A DNA stretch of 64,000 nt. Origin: an uncultured Acidobacteriota bacterium (GTDB taxonomy: Bacteria; Acidobacteriota; Thermoanaerobaculia; Multivoradales; UBA5704). The notes beneath the pieces are model-generated. The model was given only the letters and a program-made list of their open reading frames with translations. It was not told the DNA's origin and ran no database searches. The position numbers and the translations under genes are program-made. The stretch lies in the NCBI GenBank assembly GCA_963770895.1, contig CAVYRF010000002.1:3552001-3616000 (forward strand), written 5' to 3'. Positions 35,914 through 45,715 of this stretch are shown here, piece after piece. Positions within the stretch are counted from its first letter, which is position 1; each line of letters starts with the position of its first letter.

Positions 35914-36030
35914 GTCGAGCGAGGACCCATCCGACGCGCTGCCTCTTCGGCAAAACCCTCCGCCCGCGCCCCCCGGCCCGATCGCGGACGTGCCGCAGGC
36001 GCGCCGCGGTCGGGGCAACGTACCAGCTGC

Positions 36031-36303
36031 TCAGTCGCGCGTCGAGCGCTGCGGCTCCCTGCCTTCCGGCCAGCTCGGCACGCCGGCATCCAGCGAGAGC
36101 TTTGCGCTCTTGACGAATCCGGCCACCATCCGCCAGAAGCCAGCGGCCAGCAGGAGCTCCACCAGCTCGTCGTGTCCGAAGGCCTTCTCCAGCGTCGCCC
36201 AGGTCGCGGGGGTGACTTGAGCGTCTGCGTGCATTTCGTCAGCCAGGTGGAGCAGCGCACGATCGGTCTGGCCATAGGCGTCGCATGCCGCAGGATCACG
36301 CAC
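36031..36303 (-). pseudogene. C-terminal remnant of a carboxymuconolactone decarboxylase/AhpD-like protein
   Basis: DRALLHLADEMH...TWATL...ELVELLLAAGFWRMV is the C-terminal half of this family; the N-terminal half is absent. Confidence 0.6.
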
Positions 36304-36395
36304 GCCCAGGATGTCCCTTTTAGGACAGAATCGACCCTGATTCTGGATGCCGCGCGTGCTATCGTGTCCCTTCGCTTAACCGAACCTGTTTGCTC

Positions 36396-37868
36396 ATGCA
36401 ATCCGTTCGCGCTGCGGGCTCCGAGACTGCCTGCTTCGAGCTGCCGGCGGCCAGGGGTGTGCGGGTCCGCGGCGACTGCGGACGCGCCGACCGCCGCATC
36501 GCGGTCGGGCTGATCCTGCTGGCGTTCGCTGTGTACAACCTCAACTTCCGCGTCATCCAGGACGGCGACACGGTGCCGACGCGCCTGCTGCCGTTCGCCA
36601 TCTGGCGGTCGGGGACGGTGAGCCTCGATGCCGTGGGCGAGCTGGCGACGGCGGTGCCGCCGGGCAAGGCGTACCACGATGCCTACTGGCTGGCGTGGCG
36701 CGGCGGGCATCTCCACTCGACGTACCCGATCGTGGCGCCGGTGCTTTTGGCGCCGCTCTATGCGCCGGCCGTCGGCTATCTTGCCTGGGCGGGGTGGGAG
36801 CCGTGGCGGCTCCAGAACACCTCGCTGCGCATGGAGAAGCTGACTGCTGCGCTGGTGGCGGCGCTGTCGGTAGGCCTCTTCTATGTGCTGGCGCGGCGGC
36901 GTGTCGAGCGCTCACCGGCCTTCCTCGGCGCCATCGCCTACGGCTTCGCCACGGGCACGTGGGTCATTTCCAGTCAGGCACTGTGGGTTCACGGCCCGGC
37001 CGAGCTGCTGGCAGTCTGCCTGCTGCTTGCGGCGACCGTGCGCCAGCCGTCGATCGCGAGCCTCGGCGGAGCTGGTGTAGCCGCCGGCCTTGCGGCGGTC
37101 AACCGCCTGCCGGATGCCGCGCTGGTGGTGGTCCTGATCGTGCTCGCGCGGTGCGCGCGCTGGCGGGTGCTGTGGGCGGTGGGCGCCGCAGCGCTGGCGG
37201 CCGCGCCGTTCCTGCTCTACAACTTCAACACATTCGGGCACTGGGCCGGCGGCTACGCCTGGGCCGCCACGGGCTCCCACCCATACCTCGCCTTCCCACA
37301 ACTGCCGGGAGTGGCCGGGTTGTTGGTGAGCCCCGCCAAGGGGCTCCTGGTCTTCTCTCCCTTCTTCATCTTCCTGGCTGGACGCTTCGTGCCGCGGAAG
37401 CTCCAGCTTCCGCCCGGAGCGACCGCTGGCGTCGAGGTGGCCCGGGAGCCGCTTTACCTCCTCGACCTGGCCGTGCTCGCCGCCTTCCTGGCGCAGCTCT
37501 ACGCCTACAGCCGCTCGGACTTCCGGGCCGGCGCGTGCTACGGCCCGCGCTACCTGACGGACAGCTATCCGCTCTTGATCTGGCTGCTCCTGCCGGTCAT
37601 CGCCCGGCTGCGCGGCAACTGGCTGCGAGCCTTCCTCGTCGCCGTGGCCGCTGGCATCGCGATCGAGGGGGTCGGCGCCTTCTGCTATCCGCGCGGCCAC
37701 AGCGACGCTCTCTTCTACCCGCCCACACTCTCCCGCCGCATCATCGCGCCGAGCGTCTGGTCGCCGGCCAACGTCCCCTTCCTGCTCGAGGCGCGAGCCG
37801 GCATTGCGCCGTCCGAGCTGCTGCCGCACCGCGAGCAAGCCGGGACTTCCACGCTCCGCCGGCCCTAG
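36396..37868 (+). CDS. Multi-pass membrane protein, GT-C fold glycosyltransferase-like
   Basis: DGDT after the first TM helix; SQALWVH, GLLVSPAKGLL and YGPRYL motifs; many hydrophobic helices. Confidence 0.7.
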   Translation: MQSVRAAGSETACFELPAARGVRVRGDCGRADRRIAVGLILLAFAVYNLNFRVIQDGDTVPTRLLPFAIWRSGTVSLDAVGELATAVPPGKAYHDAYWLAWRGGHLHSTYPIVAPVLLAPLYAPAVGYLAWAGWEPWRLQNTSLRMEKLTAALVAALSVGLFYVLARRRVERSPAFLGAIAYGFATGTWVISSQALWVHGPAELLAVCLLLAATVRQPSIASLGGAGVAAGLAAVNRLPDAALVVVLIVLARCARWRVLWAVGAAALAAAPFLLYNFNTFGHWAGGYAWAATGSHPYLAFPQLPGVAGLLVSPAKGLLVFSPFFIFLAGRFVPRKLQLPPGATAGVEVAREPLYLLDLAVLAAFLAQLYAYSRSDFRAGACYGPRYLTDSYPLLIWLLLPVIARLRGNWLRAFLVAVAAGIAIEGVGAFCYPRGHSDALFYPPTLSRRIIAPSVWSPANVPFLLEARAGIAPSELLPHREQAGTSTLRRP

Positions 37869-37953
37869 CCTTATCAGCGGATCATCTGGCAGTCGCACCT
37901 CCCACGGGAGTTTCTCAAAGAGATGGGAGTGCTGCAGCAGCGTCGCCATGCAG

Positions 37954-38712
37954 TCAGGTCTCCAACACCTCGCCGGAAAGGTCGACCCGGCGGCGCAGGT
38001 TCTGGCGTCGCATGAATTGTCGGACGTAGTCAAGTGCGCGGCCGCGATAGGTGTCGTAAAGCGGGTTCCTGGTGGGCTCGTGGTGGACGGAGACGGCTTC
38101 CGTATAGCCCACGCGGATCTTGCCCAGATGAGTGTAGAAGTAGGCGAAGTGCTCGCCGATCTTCAGCGCCTCGTCCCAACGGTATCGACGGAGCACGCGA
38201 GCAGGCGCCAACAATTGGCTGGGCGCGAAGTCGACCAACCGCACCGGTCCCACCTCTCCGCGCGACGCCCGGTGGCATTCCACCACGCCATCGCTCACCG
38301 AGTACAATCCCCAGAAGCCGGTGCTGTCGTCGATCCCTAGAAGGTCGACCCGCGCCGCCTCGAGAAGCTCCTCTGCCCTGCGCAGGTCCGTGTCCTGACC
38401 GAAGAAGCAGTCGTCATCGCAGTTGAAGACGTAGTGCGTCTTCGCCAGGCGGACGCCGTGATTGCGTCCTGCCGAAACGCCGACGTCGAAGCCGAGGTGA
38501 ACGTAGAGCGTCGCAGGTTCGTGCGCGGAGCGCGCCAGGAGTGCGCGATTGGCCTCGCGGCTGTCGTCGACGACGACTACCGGGATCGCCGGGTAGCGCG
38601 CCCGGATGCTGGTGATCAGGCGATCGACCGCTTCCGGACGCTCGAAGGTTTTGATCACGACGGTCGTTTGCCGCGGAGGTTCCATGAGCACAGTCTTGTT
38701 ACCCAGGAGCAT
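37954..38712 (-). CDS. GT-A fold glycosyltransferase (GT2/GT12-like)
   Basis: VIKTFERP, VVVDDS, GVSAGRN and CDDD (DxD) motifs. Confidence 0.85.
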   Translation of the reverse strand: MLLGNKTVLMEPPRQTTVVIKTFERPEAVDRLITSIRARYPAIPVVVVDDSREANRALLARSAHEPATLYVHLGFDVGVSAGRNHGVRLAKTHYVFNCDDDCFFGQDTDLRRAEELLEAARVDLLGIDDSTGFWGLYSVSDGVVECHRASRGEVGPVRLVDFAPSQLLAPARVLRRYRWDEALKIGEHFAYFYTHLGKIRVGYTEAVSVHHEPTRNPLYDTYRGRALDYVRQFMRRQNLRRRVDLSGEVLET

Positions 38713-38753
38713 TCATGCGTCGAGCTGCTGGCATCGCGGGGTCTACCTGGTGC

Positions 38754-40562
38754 TCAACCGCTTGTGGGCTGACTCCGCGAGGGGGCATCGACCGCGGCTA
38801 TTCGCCGCGCCGTGCCTCGACCCAGAAGGCGGAGCAGCCATGCGCGACAGCGCCAGGCTCGCGTGCCTTCCATGAACCGGACGCGGTCCTGCCAGCGTCC
38901 GAGCTCGTTGTGGAGCCGCTCGCGTTCGGCGGCGAGGAGATCGTTCGCCGTACGGAGTTTGGCTTCTGCCGCGGCCCGGTCTTCCTGCATCGCAACCAGC
39001 AGGTGCGGGAACCGCGATAGGTATAGCCGCTCATGCCTGCGGACGATGCACTCCTGGAGGGGCATGCTGAATTCCCTACGCTCGCACATCGAGACCATCG
39101 AATGAGGGCGCAAGCGATGATCGAAGCTCAGCACCGGCAGGTGACGGAATCCCCAGCCCTGCTCCGCGAGCGCAATCCAAAACTCCCAGTCCTCCCAGGC
39201 GGGGAGCTCGCGGGCGTAGCCCCCGCAACTCGACCAGGCCTCCTTTCTGAATACCGCGCAGGAGGCCACGTAGTTGCCGCATAGCATTCGGTCGAGGTCG
39301 AAATCCGGGACCTTGATATCGGCGGACCGCAGGCCGAACGTGTGGCGATCACCGTAGACCACCCCGAGGCGAGGCTCCTCATCGAGAAGCGCCACCGCCG
39401 CCTCGACGAAATGCCCACGCAGGCGGTCATCGGCGTCCAGGGTCAGGATGTAGGGCCCCTGGGCGCGGGCGATGCCCGCATTGCGGGCCTGCGACAGACC
39501 GACGCCCACTTCGTCCAGGATGTCGTAGCCAGCCTGTCGCAACCGACCCAGGACCTCGAGGGTTCGCGGCTGCCGAGAGCCGTCGTTGACGACAATGATC
39601 TCGCTGGTGGGCGCCGCGGCCTTCACGCTTGCGACGGCCTCGACGAGCAGCTCGCCGTGGTCGCGGCAGGGGATGACCACCGATACGCGCGGCGAGGCCG
39701 GTTTCGGCCGTGTCCGGGCTGAGCGCCGCTCGCGCACCAGGCCGGTCACCGGCAGATCGGCAGCCTCCTGCAGCTCGCCGTACAGGCCGAAAGCCTCGGG
39801 GCTGGTGGCCGCGACCAGATCGATCAGGGGGTGATCCAGAGGGTGGGCGCGCAGTCCCTCGTCTCCACGCAGGCGGGCAGGCAAATCGAGCTCCAGCGGA
39901 AGCCCGAACCGTGCAGCCAGGAGGTCGGTGAACCTGCGCGGCTCGGACAGCACGGCTTCGATCGAAATGAGGAGCGAGCGCTCTGCGTGGCGGCGACGAA
40001 AGTCCAGCAACCGGCGATTGTAGAAAGTCCAGATGCGGTAGCCATACTCCGGATTGCTCAGAAAGACGTCGGCACCGATCCGCTGCATGGCGTCGGCCAC
40101 ATCCCAGGGTGCCCGGTAGACAAGCAGATAGCCAGGCGCGAGCCCGGCGTCCTTGGCCAGATCGTCCCAGAAGTCGAGCACCAGCGTCGTGCGCGGATCC
40201 TTCCACCCCCAGCGGCATCCATCGTCGTGGGCCATCAGCAGCTCGCGTGCCGAATCCTTCACAGCGGCTGCAGGGCCAACGTCCCACGCCTCGGTCTCCG
40301 TCCAACCCCAGTCCCGATGTCCGGCCGCGGCCTCTGTGCAGGAGAGCATCAGCTGCCGGTTGACGGCGAGGAACTCCTGGTCCTCGAAATAGCCGCGCGG
40401 ATTGTTGGCATCGGCCGCGACGAGCCGCGTCCCCATCGCGACACCGCCAGCGGCGAGGATCGAGGCCAGGTAAGACGTGCCGGAACGATGCATTCCAGCC
40501 ACGACGATCGGCGAAACATGGGGGGTTCCTGCGGTGGTGGAGCCTGAGGTCCGCTCCTTCAT
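38754..40562 (-). CDS. Sulfotransferase-like domain fused to a GT2 glycosyltransferase
   Basis: N-terminal GMHRSGTS and WGWKDPRT; C-terminal VSVVIPC, VNDGS, ARNAG, LDADD and WEDWE. Confidence 0.88.
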   Translation of the reverse strand: MKERTSGSTTAGTPHVSPIVVAGMHRSGTSYLASILAAGGVAMGTRLVAADANNPRGYFEDQEFLAVNRQLMLSCTEAAAGHRDWGWTETEAWDVGPAAAVKDSARELLMAHDDGCRWGWKDPRTTLVLDFWDDLAKDAGLAPGYLLVYRAPWDVADAMQRIGADVFLSNPEYGYRIWTFYNRRLLDFRRRHAERSLLISIEAVLSEPRRFTDLLAARFGLPLELDLPARLRGDEGLRAHPLDHPLIDLVAATSPEAFGLYGELQEAADLPVTGLVRERRSARTRPKPASPRVSVVIPCRDHGELLVEAVASVKAAAPTSEIIVVNDGSRQPRTLEVLGRLRQAGYDILDEVGVGLSQARNAGIARAQGPYILTLDADDRLRGHFVEAAVALLDEEPRLGVVYGDRHTFGLRSADIKVPDFDLDRMLCGNYVASCAVFRKEAWSSCGGYARELPAWEDWEFWIALAEQGWGFRHLPVLSFDHRLRPHSMVSMCERREFSMPLQECIVRRHERLYLSRFPHLLVAMQEDRAAAEAKLRTANDLLAAERERLHNELGRWQDRVRFMEGTRAWRCRAWLLRLLGRGTARRIAAVDAPSRSQPTSG

Positions 40563-40670
40563 GCTGCGAAATCTACCGCATTTCCAGGCCCAGGGCGGTG
40601 AATCCTGCCCGCGAGCGGATCACCAGAGGCCACGCAGCCCCAGTGATTGCCGGCGGGCGGGCGCGGGCGG

Positions 40671-41399
40671 TCAGGCGGGCTCGGCGGTACCGCCCAGGTA
40701 GGCGGCGCGGACGCGGGGGTCCTGGCGCAGGTCGGCGGCGGGGGCGTCGAGCTGGATGCGGCCGTGCTCGATGACGTAGCCGTAGTCGGCGAGGTCGAGG
40801 GCGCGATAGGCGAGCTGCTCGACCAGGAGCATGGTGAGGCCGCGCTGCTTGAGGTCGTGCAGGCGGCGGAAGACTTCGTCGATGAGCAGCGGGGCCAGGC
40901 CCATGGAGGGCTCGTCGAGCATCAGCAGGGTGGGCCGCAGCATGAGGGCGCGGCCGATGGCGAGCATCTGCTGCTCGCCGCCTGAAAGGGTGCCGGCGAG
41001 CTGCCCGATGCGGTCCTTGAGGCGCGGGAAGAAGTCGAAGACGGCGGCGCAGTCGGTGGCGAGCTCGGCGCGGGAGCGGGTGCTGCGCAGGCTGAAGGCG
41101 CCGAGCAGCAGGTTGTCGTGCACGGTCTGGTCGGGGAAGACGTGACGCCCCTCGGGCACGTGCGCGACGCGCAGGGCGGCGATCTTGTGCGGCGGCAGGC
41201 CGGTCAGGGAGCGGCCGGCCAGGGTGACGGTGCCGGCGGTGGGGGTGAGCAGGCCCGAGATGGCGCGCAGCAGGGTCGTCTTGCCGGCGCCGTTGCCGCC
41301 GATGACGCAGACGACCTGCCCGGGGGCGACGCGCAGCGAGACGCCGTGGAGGGCGCGCACCAAGCCGTAGTGAACGACCAGGTCGTGCACCTCAAGCAT
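40671..41399 (-). CDS. livF: Branched-chain amino acid-type ABC transporter ATPase
   Basis: GGNGAGKTT, LSGGEQQM, LDEPSMGLAP, VRAAYLG. Confidence 0.93.
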   Translation of the reverse strand: MLEVHDLVVHYGLVRALHGVSLRVAPGQVVCVIGGNGAGKTTLLRAISGLLTPTAGTVTLAGRSLTGLPPHKIAALRVAHVPEGRHVFPDQTVHDNLLLGAFSLRSTRSRAELATDCAAVFDFFPRLKDRIGQLAGTLSGGEQQMLAIGRALMLRPTLLMLDEPSMGLAPLLIDEVFRRLHDLKQRGLTMLLVEQLAYRALDLADYGYVIEHGRIQLDAPAADLRQDPRVRAAYLGGTAEPA

Positions 41400-43260
41400 G
41401 GAGGCCTCCGGCGGCGGCAGTGCCGAGATAGGCGCCGATGACGCGCTCGTCCTGCCGCACCTGGTCGGGGGTGCCGTTGGCGATGCGTTGGCCGAAGTCC
41501 AGCACGGTCACCTCGTCGGAGACCGACATGACCAGGTCCATGTGGTGCTCGATCAGGAGGATGGCCAGACCGCGCCGGCGCAGGGCGTCGATCAGGGCAT
41601 CGATGGTGGCGATCTCGCCGCTGGTCAGGCCCGCGGCCGGCTCGTCGAGCAGCAGCACTGCCGGATCGCCGGCCAGGGCGCGGGCGATTTCCAGCAGGCG
41701 CTGCTTGCCGTAGGGGAGGCTCTTGGCCGGCTCGGCGGCGCGCTCGGCCAGGCCGACGAAGGCCAGCAGGTCGAGCGCCCGCGCCCGCGCCTGGCGCTCC
41801 TCGCGGCGCGACCGCGGGGTGGCCAGGAGCACCGGCGCCAGGCCGCCCTGGAAGGTGTGCTGCAGGCCGACCAGCACATTTTCCAGGACGCTCATCTGGC
41901 CGAAGAGCGCGACGTTCTGGAAGGTGCGCGCGAGCCCCAGGCGCGAGATCTGGTGGGGCGCGGCGTGCGCGATGGAGCGCCCGCGCAGCTGGATGTCGCC
42001 GGCGCTCGGCCGGTAGATGCCGGACAGAAGGTTGACGGTGGTGGATTTGCCGGAGCCGTTGGGGCCGATGAGCGCATGCACGCGGCCGGCGCGCAGCACC
42101 AGGTTCAGGCGGTCCACCGCCACCAGGCCGCCGAAGGCGATGGTCAGGTCGCGGGTGGTGAGCACGGCATCGCCGGCGGTGCCGGCGAGATTGGTGGGGT
42201 TGGCGACGTTGGCAGCGTTGCCGGTGCCGGTAAGGTTGGCGGCGTTTGCAGGGTTGGCGGCGTCATCGGCGCGGCGGCGCGGGGCGAAGCGGCGGACCAG
42301 CGCTCCGGCCAGGCCGGCGATGCCGTCGGGGCGCAGGTAGAGGGTGATCAGCAGCAGGGCGCCGAAGATCATCAGCTGGTATTCGGCGATGGCGTTGAAG
42401 ATGTCGGGCACCACGATCACCACGAAGGTGCCGACCAGGTTGCCGAGGATCGAGCGGGTGCCGCCAAAAATCAGGGCGATCAGAAAGAGGATCGACAGCT
42501 GCAGCGAGAAGGTGGGCGGGCCGATGTACTTGTCGACGTGGACGAACAGGGCGCCGGCCAGCCCCGCCAGGGCGGCGCTCAACACGAAGGCCGCCAGCTT
42601 GAAGCGATAGCGGTTGACGGCGCAGCATTCCGCGGCGATGGCGTTTTCGCGCAGGGCTTCGAAGGCGCGCCCCCAGTAGCTGGCGGCGAGGCGATGGACC
42701 GCCACCAGCGACAGCACCATCAGCGGGTAGACCAGGTAGTAGAAGTGGTTGCCTTCGAAGTCCAGGGGCCCCCAGCGCAGCGCCGGCACGTCGCGGATGC
42801 CCTGCGAGCCGTTGGTCAGGCCGACGGCTTCGTTGGCGACGGTCTGCACGATGAGGCCGAAGGCGATGGTGGCCATCGCCAGGTAAGGGCCGGTGAGGCG
42901 CAGCGCCGGCATCCCGAGCAGCAGACCGAAGAGTGCGCCGACGACCACCGCCGCGGGCGCCGCCAGGAAGAACGGCGTCCCCAGCTTCCACATCAGGATC
43001 GCCGCGGTGTAGGCGCCGGCGGCGAAGAGTCCGGCGTGGCCGACCGAGACCTCGCCCGAGTAGCCGACCACCAGGTCGAGCCCGGCGATGACGATGGTGA
43101 AGATGCAGATCTTGGCCAGGACGCTGTGGATGTAGTACTCGTTGGCGCTGGCGAGCGGCGCGAAGGCGCCGGCGACGACCAGCGCCGGCAGGGCGAAGCG
43201 GCGGACGGCGGCGCCGGCGCGTCCGCCGGCGAAGCTGCCCGCCAAGCCGTCGCTCCCCAC
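41392..43260 (-). CDS. livM: Fused LivM permease / LivG ATPase
   Basis: N-terminal LRLTGPYLAMATIAF permease; C-terminal GPNGSGKST, RTFQN, LDEPAAG and IEHHM. Confidence 0.9.
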   Translation of the reverse strand: MGSDGLAGSFAGGRAGAAVRRFALPALVVAGAFAPLASANEYYIHSVLAKICIFTIVIAGLDLVVGYSGEVSVGHAGLFAAGAYTAAILMWKLGTPFFLAAPAAVVVGALFGLLLGMPALRLTGPYLAMATIAFGLIVQTVANEAVGLTNGSQGIRDVPALRWGPLDFEGNHFYYLVYPLMVLSLVAVHRLAASYWGRAFEALRENAIAAECCAVNRYRFKLAAFVLSAALAGLAGALFVHVDKYIGPPTFSLQLSILFLIALIFGGTRSILGNLVGTFVVIVVPDIFNAIAEYQLMIFGALLLITLYLRPDGIAGLAGALVRRFAPRRRADDAANPANAANLTGTGNAANVANPTNLAGTAGDAVLTTRDLTIAFGGLVAVDRLNLVLRAGRVHALIGPNGSGKSTTVNLLSGIYRPSAGDIQLRGRSIAHAAPHQISRLGLARTFQNVALFGQMSVLENVLVGLQHTFQGGLAPVLLATPRSRREERQARARALDLLAFVGLAERAAEPAKSLPYGKQRLLEIARALAGDPAVLLLDEPAAGLTSGEIATIDALIDALRRRGLAILLIEHHMDLVMSVSDEVTVLDFGQRIANGTPDQVRQDERVIGAYLGTAAAGGLHA

Positions 43261-43263
43261 GTT

Positions 43264-44142
43264 TCAGACCTTGGTGATCGATCGCCGGCCGAAGATGCCG
43301 GAAGGTTTGATCAGCAGGATGAGGATGAGCAGGATGAATCCGGGCGTGTCCTTGTAGCCGGTCGAAATGTAGCGCGCGGTCAGCTGCTCGGCCAGGCCGA
43401 TGAGCAGGCCGCCGACGATGACGCCGACGCCGGATTGCAGGCCGCCGACGATCGCCACCGCGAACGCCTTGATGCCGAGCAGCACACCCAGGGTGGGGCC
43501 GGCGAGCGTCAGCGGCGCCACCAGGACGCCCGAGACCGCGGCGATGGAGGAGCTGAGGATGAACGAGGCGGTGATCGCCGCCGGCACGTTGATGCCGGCC
43601 AGCGCCGCCGCCTCTTTGTCGGCCGCCACCGCGGTGACCGCCTTGCCCCACAGCGACCAGCGGCGGAACGCTTCGACGCCGGCCATGATCAGGGCGGCGG
43701 CGGCGATGACCAGCAGCTCCTGCGGCAGCAGGCGCAGGCTTCCCAGGCGCAGCGGCGCGCCGCCCAGGGGCGCCGGGAACGAATAGTCGTCGGTGCCCCA
43801 GATCCGCTCCGCGGCGTTGCGCGCCACGATCCCCAGGGCGACGGTGGCGAGCACCCAGGCGACCGGCGAGCCGGTGCGCAGCGCCGGCCGGATGGCCAGG
43901 TGCTCCAGCACGAGGCCGAGCAGGATGCCGGCCAGCGCCGCGCCCAGCAGCGCCGCCGGGTAGCCCAGCTTGAGGCGCACGTCCAGGGTCAGGCCGACCA
44001 GGGCGCCCAGCATGAGGAATTCGCCCTGGGCGAAGTTGACGGTGCGCGAGGTCGAAAAGGTGATGCTGTAGCCGAACGCCACCAGCGCGTAGATCATGCC
44101 CAGGGCGATGCCGGACAGGATCAGCTGAACCAGGTCGCTCAT
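43264..44142 (-). CDS. livH: Branched-chain amino acid-type ABC permease
   Basis: SGIALGMIYALVA, VNFAQGE, KAFAVAIVGG, KPSGIFG. Confidence 0.92.
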   Translation of the reverse strand: MSDLVQLILSGIALGMIYALVAFGYSITFSTSRTVNFAQGEFLMLGALVGLTLDVRLKLGYPAALLGAALAGILLGLVLEHLAIRPALRTGSPVAWVLATVALGIVARNAAERIWGTDDYSFPAPLGGAPLRLGSLRLLPQELLVIAAAALIMAGVEAFRRWSLWGKAVTAVAADKEAAALAGINVPAAITASFILSSSIAAVSGVLVAPLTLAGPTLGVLLGIKAFAVAIVGGLQSGVGVIVGGLLIGLAEQLTARYISTGYKDTPGFILLILILLIKPSGIFGRRSITKV

Positions 44143-44170
44143 GGGCGTTCGCCGCGCGGGTGTGCGACGG

Positions 44171-45409
44171 TCAGGGTTTCGGCGGCTGGACCTGGCCGCC
44201 CTGCACGACGCCCATGACGACGTTGGCGCTGTGAATGGCTTCGTGATCGGTGGCGCTGAACGGCTGCGAGAAGGTGGCGATCACGCCGTCATAGGGCTTT
44301 TGCAAGGTTTCCAGCGCCGCCTTGATCTGCGGCCCGGCGGTCGAGCCGGCCTGCTGGATCGCCTGGGCGATCAGGTAGAGCGAGTCGTACCCCTGTGCTG
44401 CCGACACGGCGGACGGGATGCGATCGTCCTTGAACTTCCGCTGATAGTCGGCGATGAACTGCTTTGCCTTGGCGGTGGCGGCGCCGTTCTGGATGAAGGT
44501 CTGCGGCATGGTGGCGCCGTCGCCGTTGGCGCCCGCGGCTTCGATGAAGTTGGACATCGACAGCGTCCAGCTGCCGATCATCGGCACCTTGTAGTCCAGC
44601 TTCTGCATGCCGTTGGCGATCTGCGCCAGCTCGGGGCCGATGCCGTAGACGAGCAGCGCCTGGGCGCCGGCGGCGCGCGCCTGTTCGAGCTGCGGCGTCA
44701 TGTCGGTGTCCTTGATCTTGAACTTGCCGACGTAGACCGGCTGCACCCCGGCGGCGGCGATCGCGGTCTGCATCTTGGTGCAGCCGTTCTGGCCGTAGTT
44801 GGTGTCGTCGCACAGGAAGGCAACCTTTTTGAGCCCGCGCTTGACGACCGCTTCGTGCACGATCATTTCGGCCTGGATGTTGTCGCTGGCGGCGATGCGG
44901 AACACGTAGTTGTCGGGATTGTCCTTGAACAGTTCGTTGACCGGCGCCCCCGCCGAGACGTTGATCAGCAGCGGCACCTTGGCCTGCATCGGATATTTGT
45001 AGCTGGCCAGGGCGACGCCGGTGTTGATCGGTCCGAGCACGGCGACGACCTTTTGATTGCTGACCAGGTCCTGCATGACCTGGGCGCCGCGCTCGTTGGT
45101 GGCCTGATCGTCGCGCTCGACCAGCTCGATCTGCTTGCCGAGCACGCCGCCGTGGGCGTTGATCTCGTCGGCCGCCAGGCGCACGCCGTCGCGCATCGAC
45201 AGCCCCATGGGCGACGAGCCGCCGGTCAGCGGGCCGTAGACGCCGATCTTGATGGTGTCGCCGCCGCCGGCACCACCGGCGCCCGGACCGCTCCCCGGCT
45301 TGGCGCAGCCGGCGACGAGCGCCAGGGCGAGCAGGGGCAGCGCCAGAAGGGTGGCGGTCCGCAGCAGGGTGCAGGTGGGTCGCGATTGCCGGAGCTGGGC
45401 TAGGAGCAT
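44171..45409 (-). CDS. ABC substrate-binding lipoprotein (LivK/LivJ-like)
   Basis: Lipobox LVAGC; IKIGVYGPLTG, INAHGGVLGKQIEL and QGYDS. Confidence 0.92.
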   Translation of the reverse strand: MLLAQLRQSRPTCTLLRTATLLALPLLALALVAGCAKPGSGPGAGGAGGGDTIKIGVYGPLTGGSSPMGLSMRDGVRLAADEINAHGGVLGKQIELVERDDQATNERGAQVMQDLVSNQKVVAVLGPINTGVALASYKYPMQAKVPLLINVSAGAPVNELFKDNPDNYVFRIAASDNIQAEMIVHEAVVKRGLKKVAFLCDDTNYGQNGCTKMQTAIAAAGVQPVYVGKFKIKDTDMTPQLEQARAAGAQALLVYGIGPELAQIANGMQKLDYKVPMIGSWTLSMSNFIEAAGANGDGATMPQTFIQNGAATAKAKQFIADYQRKFKDDRIPSAVSAAQGYDSLYLIAQAIQQAGSTAGPQIKAALETLQKPYDGVIATFSQPFSATDHEAIHSANVVMGVVQGGQVQPPKP

Positions 45410-45509
45410 GGAAACCTCGCCAGGTTCAAGGGCCGCGTTGTGGTCGGCTCGACCCTGGGCCCGGTACCGAGCCCGGTCGATCGCCGCCGCGCGATCCTGT
45501 GTCATTGCT

Positions 45510-45525
45510 AGCACGATCGTTGCCG
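45510..45525 (-). promoter_or_regulatory. Possible sigma54 -24/-12 promoter of the liv operon
   Basis: Minus strand CGGCAACGATCGTGCT fits GG-N10-GC, about 100 nt upstream of the start. Confidence 0.35.
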
Positions 45526-45598
45526 GGAGAATACCATTTCGTCACACGAGCGCCATAGCCGGCCGGACTCGGGGTCATGGCGACTGCGCTGGCCGGGG

Positions 45599-45715
45599 GG
45601 GCGGTCGGGGCTGTCGCCTATCACGGCGGTCCCTGCAGATCAGTCGCGGCTGCCGCCTGTCGCGACACTCCCGGCGGGGCGGTCGGGGCTGTCGCCTGTC
45701 CCGACATTCCCGGCA
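45599..45715. repeat. Three imperfect 39-bp tandem repeats
   Basis: Units at 45599, 45638 and 45677; units 1 and 3 share GGGCGGTCGGGGCTGTCGCCT. Confidence 0.7.

Noticed and set aside
45599-45715. Repeat array considered as a mini-CRISPR
   Set aside because: Units are contiguous and degenerate with no unique spacers, and there are no cas genes.
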